Shown piece by piece: positions 53,392-64,000 of a stretch of 64,000 bases of DNA. Both the position numbers and the translations under genes were made by a program. Source of the stretch: Ylistrum balloti (Eukaryota); the NCBI RefSeq assembly GCF_031769215.1, contig NW_026782463.1, positions 992,001 to 1,056,000 of the forward strand, in the 5' to 3' direction. The notes below the pieces were generated by a model. That model saw only the letters and a list, made by a program, of their open reading frames with translations, made no database searches and was not told the DNA's origin. The number at the start of each line of letters is the position of its first letter. The stretch's first letter is position 1.

Positions 53392-56300
53392 CTACACAAG
53401 GTACATTGTATCTTTGTCTAAAACGTATTTTCCAATTGTGTAAAGCAACTCAGCGTACCAATTCACACCTTCATGTTGTGTTCCGTTAGAATGCGATTGA
53501 GTCCATGGCAATGATATGTACTGTGAAATCGAATGTAACATTCGCGTTGGCGCAAACACCGCATGCGCAATTTGTTCGTTATTGATAACACCGTAGCACG
53601 ATGCCACAACGCCATCCACGACAATGCTGCCCTCTGCCGTCAAGGGCGCGTAGACACCGTCTTGAAAACCTATTTTTATGTCAATAATTTTTGATGGTTT
53701 TATTACTTTTGTCATTTCGGCAATTAAAACATATTGCCCTATTTTAACGGTGTCAGCGTATCTTGCCTGGAAAGAATGTAAGCTTGTTTGGTTTGACGGT
53801 GAGGTGTAAATGAGATGTTTATCAGTGAGAGTTATCGTTCTTCCGTCGCTCGTTAACAATGTGTGGTATAAACCCGTTCTCTGTTCGTCCCTGTCCAGGA
53901 ATGTGATGACCTCACTGTATTGAAGAGTTCCAGACTTCGTCATGGTCAAAACTTGGTCTCCAACTTTGATGTCGGAAATTAAAACTCGTCCTTTCTCCGG
54001 TGTTTGTACAGTTCCAGATCCGGTGAAACAGCCTCCAATCTTGATCGCAGCGGATGACTCTGTGAAAAAAAATCGTTTATGAGTAGAACACATTTCACAA
54101 ATGATGATGATAATGATAATGATGATGAAGAACATGGTCATCATGATGGAGGAGGAGGAGGAGAGGGGAGAGGAGGAGGAAGGAGGAGAAAGTATGAAGA
54201 GAGGGGGAAGAAGGAGGAGAGGAGGAGGAGGAAGGAGGAGGAGGAGGAGGGCAGACTTTAAAGCATGCTTAAAACTATTTGAACATTTCAAGTCATCTAT
54301 GGGTGCAATGAAAAAATAAGAAATGTATATTTAGCATTCTTATTACAGTATAAACAACGATATTTCGACAATTAAGGAAATTTGGAGAGGGCATCGTTTT
54401 AGTCTGTCAATTGCTTTGTTTAATGAGTCTCGGTATTGCTGGGTATTATGTGATAACTCAGATCATCTTGTCAACTTAATTGATGGAAATCGTATTCAAT
54501 CAAGGAGCTAGCTGTCAGATCTGGCTTCTTATCAAGTACATGTTCAACATGGCATGATTAGCCGTCCTCGCTGATTATGTATGTAAGGATTTCCTACACA
54601 CCGTCGACACGTCTGCGAGTGTCCCTGTACCACCCGAGTGTTTGCCCAACACTTTCCTATGCCCATACCAGTATTTAAGGGTGTATGGCCCTTTTACAAA
54701 CATTCAATCAACAGCTATCATTCTCGGCCCAGTTTGAATAAGTCAAAGCAAAGTTGTGATAGCGGCACATGAAGGGTATCTTTACCGCAGTTATATGGGG
54801 TATGTCTGGTGAAGTGTTATCACTATAACAACTGCTACACATGTCAAACATTGTTACTTACCACCCCCGGTAAACCTAATATGTAAGGGCCTGTGGTTTA
54901 ATTTTAGATCATACCGAAAACAGATATTTGTCTATATCAAGGTACTTGTTTCCTGTATTAGAGAATAATAAGTAAAACGCATTGTTCTTGTCTGATATCA
55001 TCGATCGAAACCTTCAAACGTGAGCTTGCGAATTTCTTATTCATAGTTACTATTATTCTCATATATCAATGTATGTTGAAATACCAAAGGCTTCAGGCGA
55101 GGATGTCTACAAGTGTGTAATCACCCTAGAAATCTGTGAAAATATGCCAACATTCCTCATCGTGGTCTTTCAACTTTTAGAAATATTTCCTTCATCCACT
55201 GTTCACATCAGACAGAGGGATTCAGAATGCTTTGTGGAATGTTAATTTCCGTGTTTTAGTGTAGAGAACTGCATCATTACAACATCCCTATTTCCCTGTT
55301 GGTGCATTCTGGTAGGGTCGCCATATCAAAACATCACTGGCTAACATCCAAGCCATGCATTGTGTAGTACGTGAAGGTCAAATCAGTACCATGTCTGGAT
55401 AAAGACATAAATGTCTTAGAATATCGATGTCTTCACTGGTATCAAAATTCTAACGATTACAAATAGTTCGTTATACCGTCTCCCGATGTCAGTAGGTAAC
55501 TCTAGATAAAATACATAGTTAGGGTAACGTAGTCCATACTAGGGTAAGTTAGGGTATAACGGGTACAGGGGCGTGTTCCGAGACTGACAGGGAGAAATTT
55601 CACATCTACGTGTTTATACTCTTCACTCCGGTGGCTGCAATTTTATACTTATGTACTTGAATAACTTATATGTGTGTACACACCAAATTATTTATCAGAG
55701 GCCACGAAGTGTCTTTCTTTTCAAATCATCTGTATAACTATAGTTAGAAGGAGAAGGATATTAAAGACAATACGCTGTTTCAAAATTAAATGCAGAATTG
55801 GTGTTTCTGTATAATTGCCATAGTTAGTAACCACTTGCCACTGAATTTCTAGTCCCAACCAATACTGGGTTAGCAATGCGTTTTCGTTCTCGACAGTGAT
55901 CTCATCCTGAAAGACTCTCGTTAAATAATCTCTGGCGTATTCACGTAACATGGTCAGTATTACTCACTTCTATAAACATTTAGATAAAATGTCGTCATGA
56001 GAATCCAACTGACCTCTAATATGAACTTAACACGTAAAACGTGAAGCATGTGAAGCCCGCCTAATCCTGGGTACACATTGGAGTTGTAATCCGGCACTCC
56101 ATAGGTGTTTTACAAGTACGAGACACCCGAACGACCGTCCTTACATGTAGTTGGCCACAGGCACACCTGATAGTGTGCGGAAGTTCTGCACCAGCAAATT
56201 ATAAACAGCAATGACACCAAATAGAAACGATGGAAGCTTTCGTCAATAACAGTTCTCTCAAATGTTGCACATCCTAATTCCAGCTCGCTTTTAAGAACTA

Positions 56301-58159
56301 ATTACTTTTCGCTATCCTCTTAAGTACGATAAATAGCTTTTTTATGTTAAATGTGACTTGGTGTTTTGGATAAATAACGGGACAAAGTCTTGCCTATCTA
56401 TTTCTGGTTTGGTTTAAAGGAAAGTATGAGGAGCCCCCAGTCGTCTCCATATCTGGGGTACACACCTGGCCAAGATCTCGTTGTCTATGGCGTTTGAAGA
56501 TGTGTAAAACGAAGAGCATCTCTTAAACTTCAAGGGGATGGAAATACGTGCTTTACAAGTGCTATGATAATGACGATAGCGTTTTAATAGAGGCGGTTAT
56601 AAAAGCGCACGTTAGTCGCACAGACAGTGACTGGGTCGTCATTGTATTGGAAGCAAAGCGGACAGTAGTGCTAACAGGTAGCGCCGTGGAATGCCTTTTT
56701 AACAGGCCAGTAAACTATTGAAAACGTTTGTTATATAATGGACAGATATATCACCGGTAAATTCGTTAGTAGGACTGCTGGACGTTGAGTTCGCTCAATG
56801 TCTACCCAGCACAAGGGCTAAAGATTCTGCTGTTTTTCATTACTATATACAATATTGTAGGCAGATTTTTTTTTCAAAGCATGATACGTACTTCTGCAGA
56901 TTTTTATCATTTTCTACGTCATATCATTTTGTGATTTATGAATATATACCGTCAAGAGATACATATCAAGAGGGTTGAATTTTTGCCTAATTTAACTCAA
57001 TGTTGTGAGTTTCTTTAAGCGCTGTACATCGTGATGTCCCAATCATGACACGTTTTCAATGAAAGACTTTCGTAAAAGCCTAATCACATCGGCAGTGATG
57101 CTAAACAAAATGACAGTGACAGTTTTTGTGTGGCTCGTTTTCAGTTGGCTTAAAGCTGAAAAAAAAAAAAAAAAACGATCCCGATGGTATCATCGGACCT
57201 CACAAACAGGGTTGATTAACCGATACATTTTCGAACCCAAGCTACGTGTACAAGCGATTTTTCTTGGAACTTGTAATCATCTTTTTCCCGGATGTGAAGT
57301 CTGAGACATTTTGTTACAGATATATACAACCTTTCTACAGAATGTGAAACTTTATCACTCGGTCTATTGGCATGGAACACAATATATTAGTTTGAATGGA
57401 GGAACAGGTTTAATAGTTAGTTATTGAAGCCTTGCAAGGCTCGTTTGTGACCTCAAACTTACATCGTATATTAACGTAAAATGATCCTCTAGGGAACAAG
57501 CACTTTCATTGTTAGTGGTATGTCACGTGATGATAGGTAAATGACGTGATATAAGCAATATATATCCTGTTTGGAATTATATGAGACAAGACAACAATGA
57601 GGTTCTAAAATTAGTCACGTTTAATAGCATTATGTTAATGATATTTGAAGTAATCCCTAGTCGAGAACGACATTTTTCACTGATATGTGGTGTCGGACAA
57701 GCATTTATTGCTAACTTCGAATTGATAAACAAAATCGTTTTCTTAGAGGAGGAACCGGAAGTGAAAATCAGAACGATATTGACGAAATCCGTGATGGATG
57801 AAGCTTCAGTGGGTGTGTGGGAACGATTCTTTCCATTCGTTCTATCAAATTTATATTCATGGATTTTATTTTAAAATTACAAAGACTGTGTACTTACCAG
57901 ATTTTACGGAACAATGGATATGGCCACGTGATTCGTAATACACCCAATCAAATCCAGCCTCAACCGCCAGTCGGGCCAGCAGTCCATATTTGGTACGGTC
58001 CCTGTCGCTGGTGGTGATATCTACAGCCCGACCCTCGTAGTGAAGAGAGTTCTTAGCGTGGTGGTCATCTTCATCCCAGGCTTCTGTCACGCGCAGTTTC
58101 ACGTTCGGCCAAGTGTTCATTACGGACACCGCCAGCGTGTTCAGTTTATCTTTGCACCT
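53392..58159 (-). CDS. hh: Hedgehog ligand precursor, exons 2 and 3 (5'-partial; exon 1 presumably beyond position 64000)
   Basis: Exon 2, 58159-57898 (262 nt): [87 protein letters not shown], with Zn/Ca ligands intact. Exon 3, 54059-53392: G|CF autocleavage site, FLDRD, LTDKH (TxxH), [20 protein letters not shown] and the sterol-recognition region [10 protein letters not shown]. No exon-1 motifs (PNV, FKDEE, ADRLMT) were found in 58160-64000. Confidence 0.97.
54101..54251. repeat. Compound (GAT)n/(GAG)n microsatellite upstream of the hedgehog exon 3 acceptor
   Basis: Read directly; on the transcript strand it is (CTC)n followed by (ATC)n. Confidence 0.95.
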
Positions 58160-60979
58160 CTGAAAAATATTACAAGTAAACATTAAACTCGTTTCACATT
58201 GAATTGTATTATAAGATAATACGCGGAAAAAGTTCATGTTTTGTGATTTTAAGTCATAGGTTAATCCATGTTAATTGATTATAAAATGGATGTAATATGG
58301 AATGTCTAGAATTCTTCAAGACTCCAGGTAACGGAAACAAACACCTGCCAATGTTAGAAGATATGTGGTAATGTTTCATAACAATTAGGTAAATATACCA
58401 ATGGCACCGTCTTTAGAAATAATCATTTTCATAAAACGTTCAGATACATTAAATTAATCAATTAATATTAGGAACTAGAAAATGCTTGCTTGTAATTTTT
58501 CATTGTCTTTCTGTACACTATTACATTAATATGTCTGGAACAGACGTATACAAAATGTTTTTTTTAGAATAGTGGGCGTAGCATGCTCCTCTAAATAAAG
58601 ATTTAAGTATTGGTGATATTCCACACCTAATACAGATTTTGGCGCAATTAGACGCAGTCGTTCCTAAATCGTATCTGATGGAATACGTTGGAAATTTTGC
58701 CCTAAATGCACTCGCGTTGTTTTATCGTAACTAATACTTTAACGGTCGTCATAGTGATATCATGGGGATTTTTTTCTATTTCTTTATGCAATATGAAGCT
58801 GGACGTGTTCGTTGGCGTAAGGTTACCTGTTGGTTCCATTGATTTATGACCTTGTTCTCATTTGAGAACTTGACATTATTTACTTGGACTGAACAATATT
58901 TACATGACTAGTGTTGTCGATAAAGAAGAAGAGGTTTCAACACCTGGTCTAACTCTCCTCATACTTTTTCAGTAGTTTCCGGGTAAATCTTTCTCTTGTT
59001 CATTATTTGCCCTAGTTTTATTGAATTTGAGTTTGGTTTATGCTTATGTTCACATGTTGATATTTTCTTGTTGTTTTTTATCGTTATATTTCAACTCTCC
59101 TTTTACACAGTAAGCACAGCAAGACGTCAAACGATGGAAAATCTGGTGTAAAGTTGACTGTAGTTTTCAAACACATTGCATTATAAGTAATACATGTTAA
59201 ACGATATAATGCAGTGTTATTATCAGAAAACCCACGATTTACAATCTTATTACATAATTTGAGACAGCCAATCTTTTCTCAGTGTTAAGTCCAGCTCATA
59301 AATTATATTGCATCGTCCATACAGGGTGTTTAACCCACGTTTTACGTTTATCATCTAAGGGCAATATATACCTCAGAGAACAGAGCTCATAAATGGTATC
59401 ATTTTATATAAAGGCTGGATCATTTAACATTACAGATAACATAAAGTGATAACAAACGCTGAGTAACAAATACAAATTATTGGGCTTTTAGATTTCTATA
59501 ACTCGTTGTTTTTTTTATGTGAAAAATCCCCACGCGTACAATCCTGTACATAGGTGTCTGGAGAGGGTTGACTTTTATATGTCTACTAGTCTACTACTGT
59601 CGCCTTAGAAACTGACATTCATTGGGAGATATTTGACAGATCCGTTACCTAAAACAAATCGGTGCTGATCCCCCACAAAGGCCAAACAAACACAGAACAT
59701 AGAAATTGTTGCCCTGCCTCCGACCACGATGTAGGTAGCCGTGTTTATTTGACATTTACGATGACGAAATCGCCGATGATGGGTTTACGGTTGACTGATA
59801 GTGCGGACCCTAATCAGGTCGTGGACAGTTGTGACATTAATGAATTACTGATGAATGGTCGTACGGCGCAATTATCATTGTCGTGGAAGTACATAGGTTC
59901 CTAACTACATGTGACCGAACGGCCGTGTGTCTTGTTCGGATCAATCACTCTGTAAATCATGTTTATCTATAAACAAATCCGGAAATCAACAACAAACCTA
60001 AACAGGCTAAATGTTTAGGTGTCAGTCGATTGTACAAATGAAATTAAACTTGTGATTTATTTATTTATTTATTTTGCTTTCGTTGTGCCAGAAAATCAAA
60101 CCTGACTATGCTTATACATTTGTACTATAATACATAACCGTTATCAATTCAGAAAACAACACAAGTCTGCAATTCTTATGATTTCAACAACAACTCCTGG
60201 GAAAATTTCCATTAAATGTTTTATGAAGGCGCGATATCAGAATTTACTCGGAATTAGAGAATAATAACCTTAAACCCATTTTAACACCCCCGACATATTT
60301 GGTCAGTGATACCAAGCATGTGGCAAAATTTAATAAATTTTCTTTATTAGATATGAAGATACAGATACTATGAACAATGTAAACCAAGGCTCTATGTCCT
60401 GGGGCTGTTTACACCTACCCATACCGACTGAGTTGGAATAAAAACTAAATTATTATCGACAGAGCTTAGGTGTGATAGATGCCTTCCGACATCAAAGCTC
60501 TCAACGCTTATTCTCCTGACTTTTGGACTATCGTTGTGATAAATGCCGGTACGACGGGTTTATTGGGATAAACAGCAGTTGCTAGATCGCTGGGCTCTGA
60601 CCTACCCCGATTCGATCACGCATCGGGCCGAGCACGAGCGTTTCTCAGATGTCTTTCACTATTTGGCTGTGAAAAGTTCCCTTAAACACGATCAAAAACG
60701 CTTTAACAAAATTGCTTGTTGTAAATGTGACATTCCCCACCCCGGAATGTCCGTGACCTTTACATGAGATAATGGCGCAACGTAGCCACTTGAGAAAGCT
60801 CAGTCCAAAGTGTTCGTTCCCGAATCACCAGGTAACACTAGTGTTTAAAAAAACTTTATAACCTCTATTTACGACGGGTAATGTTGTACGCTGCATGTTT
60901 TGTGTAGGTTCAGCGAGGAGACGTTATCACAATAAAACAATCACACGGTGCACCACAATCTGTCATTGCAATACTCTTG

Positions 60980-61440
60980 CCACCAAACCGAAACTTCATT
61001 CCCTTGTGATTCTATAATACCGAAACTTTACTCCCGTGTAATTCCACTTTACTGAAGCTTAACATCCGTGTAATTATACAATGCTGAAGCTTTACTCCCT
61101 TGTAATTCTACTTTACTGAAGCTTAACATCCGTGTAATTCTACAATATGGAAGTTTTACTCCCGTGTAATCATACATTGTTGAAGCTTTACTCAAGTGTA
61201 ATTCTACAATATTTAAGCTTTACTCTCGTGGAATTCTACAAAACTGAAGCTTTACTTTCGTGGAATTCTACAATATTGAAGCTTTACTCTCGTGAAATTC
61301 TACAATATTGAAGCTTTATTCTCGTGTAATTCTACAATAGTGAAGCTTTACTCCCGTGGAATTCTACAATACTGAAGCTTTACTTCCGTGGAGTTCTACA
61401 ATACTGAAGCTTTGCTCCCGAGTAATTCTATAATACCGTT
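60980..61440. repeat. 32-bp minisatellite, about 14 copies, in hedgehog intron 1
   Basis: Unit GAAGCTTTACTCCCGTGTAATTCTACAATACT; spacing checked at 61342, 61374 and 61406. Confidence 0.9.
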
Positions 61441-64000
61441 ACTCGGATACGCCAAAGAATGGAATGAAATAATACTATGATAAAAAAGCAGGCTTAATCT
61501 TTGATAGATACATATGCGTCATTGAATATCTGTAACCATATGTATGTTACTGTACCCCATCGTTTCAAACAGACGGTCAATATAATAGAATCGACGCTAC
61601 TAAAATATAAGTTTTCTTGGATTAAAATTTTGTTTTAAATGGTAGTCTAGTTAGATTTGTTACAAAATTGATGATATTGTATTACGGAATCCCTTTAGAA
61701 ACAACTGCATTGTTTAAGTAAACTTCCACAAACTTGTAAACTGATTTGGCAAACCACTAATGGGGGTCAATGTTAACAGAAACCCGTGTGCCGGTCGTAC
61801 CTGAACTTATGAAGTCAAGTTGACATGCGCAATACACAGAAACTCCCTCGATATACCTAAACGAGGTCGTACATGATACATCTCACCAGCCCGCCACTCT
61901 CATTTCCGCCAACATTGTGAAAACATCGAAAAAAATGTGCCCGATAAGTAGTTAGGTACACATAATGGACTTCACTTGAAACAAAATGAATTTTGTGTTT
62001 ACAAAAAATATTTCATAAGATAAAATCGGCGACATGTTAGCTTTTATATGAAATGACTATGCAGGCCGTGTATGACGGAAGACCGCAACATGCCGCTAGT
62101 GCAATATGATTTCAGTTTTGATTTCTCGTTTCTTCTACTTTACCATGGCTCGTGTTCTTATTTTAATGGAATTTTTGATCCATTCGCACCCATGACCGCT
62201 AAACACTGAGTGCGGTGTTCATATGAACCACTGCATGTGTTACAAGGTTAATATTCCTTACTGAATTCCGTGGAAAGTTCTTTACCAAAGTGTTCATTTA
62301 TTGATGTACTGAATTTATCATAATATTTTGTAATTTAAACATCTACTTTTTATGGTAATATTTGCCTGTAACTTTTCGTTTCTTCGACATTTATCCTATA
62401 TAAGTTCTGGATGTGTGATTTACTAGGATTATCAATTCAATATCGAACACCAGTATCATAGATAATCGATAATTATATAAACTGCCATTATCAACTCTAA
62501 GTCTTGAACTTAACAACCATTTAAAATAAACTGTTTTCTACTTCATCCGAAATAAAACAGGTCCTTTCACTGCTGAAGGAAAATAATTTGCGATCGTACA
62601 ACCACGATTTACCGTCCGCAAAATCTCTCACTTGCAATGATGATCATTGTTATTGTATGACGTCAATGACCCCGATCGACCCCGATACGTCATGTAAATA
62701 GCGCGGCCCTAATAAGTCCCCGATTTTAAATATTACTTTCGTCGCGAATCCTTAGCAATGAAACCTAGATTATGATTTATGACAATCCACCTGAATTTTA
62801 AACTTTTCAACAATCACGATATCCCATCACAAACATTAAGACGCATATTAAGTCAAAGCAACATTTATCACTTCATCGAAATTCATCTTGAACTGTTTAT
62901 CTTTTTAAATATAAACCAATAGTTATCAGTTTTATATCTAATGATAATAAAATACATGTGATTGTAAAAAAACCACTCATTATTAACTACAGATGATTTA
63001 ACTACAAGTTTTGTACATCGTCAAGTATTATCCTTGTTACAGACCAGGCACCTTATATCTCAAACCACTGTTACAAATGACGCAGCTTTCAGTTATATTG
63101 TAAAAATCTGTTTTGCGCTTCCGTCTGCCATTTCTAGTAATGCATCGGATTACTTTCACATCCTGACTGAATAAATGTCGTAACGATGCCGTATGTTTAA
63201 GTCAATCTACAATAATATATAATCATCTGTTTCTTTCATGTCTGTACATCATAGTCGAAACATAAATAACACGAGGCCGCAATTGGAGCAACAATACATA
63301 CATATAACTACGAAACGGGGCGTGGTTTTGCTGCAGGGACGATATTCTGCAGATTATATGCACACCAATTCATTAAGGAGGCAGTATCACGTGCAGCCTG
63401 GCATCACACGGTCCGGAATTATATGGAGTCGTACAATTGGTGGTTTAAAACGGCAGTTGTGGTTCCGGTGTGCGCAACCTCTGCATGTCTGGCGCTGCGT
63501 ACAACAAGTACACAGCATTTAGGAGTTATCAGACAACCAATGACGATACGAGGGTAGAAGCTATGGGGAACACCCATTAGTAACTAGGTGTCATGCTGAC
63601 GACGCCATAATGCAACAGAAGGCAAATCAGAAGTACCGTGTTGATATTAAAATTTAAAACCTGAAATAATACTATTGAATAAGCTATGGAAATCCGTGAC
63701 AGAATGTTTGATATTGGCGCTCGTGTTACACGGCTTTGTTACGGTAACTATTTGTTATGAAATTTACAGAAAAGGTTGTAGTTCGATATTTCATTCGTTT
63801 TATATCGATTTCAGTTGCATTTAACACCTCATTTAGCGCTGAAGTGCATTGTGTGTGCGTTTTTATCACTGGATGATACAGACATCTCCGTACATCTCCA
63901 GCTAATTAATCACCCAATCCTAAATCAATACATGACAGTTTTATCATTTGTCTACTTTATATCGTTTCTTTTGGAAATATTACCCTTATTCATTGACAAC

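Noticed and set aside
58160-64000. Hedgehog exon 1
   Set aside because: No CGPGR, PNV or FKDEE-ADRLMT motifs were seen on the minus strand; it presumably lies outside the window.

Overview
AT-rich, intron-containing invertebrate animal DNA. A bivalve mollusc is most likely; this is inferred from gene content, Penelope-type RT debris and a tRNA/V-type SINE. Four protein-coding genes could be reconstructed by hand with phase-consistent GT-AG exons: (1) the 3' end of a mitochondrial carrier of the SLC25A39/40 type (+, 1-2791); (2) a complete TRAF3IP1/IFT54 (-, 26880-8130); (3) a nodulin-like/MCH1/NFD4-type MFS transporter (+, 29958-34804); (4) exons 2 and 3 of a hedgehog ligand gene (-, 58159-53392; exon 1 was not found in the window). 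The rest consists of introns and intergenic DNA with seven minisatellites, three MITEs, a SINE, a CR1 3' fragment, several decayed Penelope-like retroelements and a 131-N gap. The main oddities are: an ~1.1-kb in-frame, skippable exon/ORF with 12-aa repeats inside IFT54; tight linkage of hedgehog, IFT54 and SLC25A39/40, whose human homologues all lie on Hox-paralogon chromosomes; a 44-bp intronic minisatellite that divides into a GT..branch..AG half and a G-rich half; a MITE with a 5-bp TSD inserted in that array; and a degenerate hammerhead-like motif near a Penelope fragment. No CRISPR array, rRNA or intact tRNA gene was seen.
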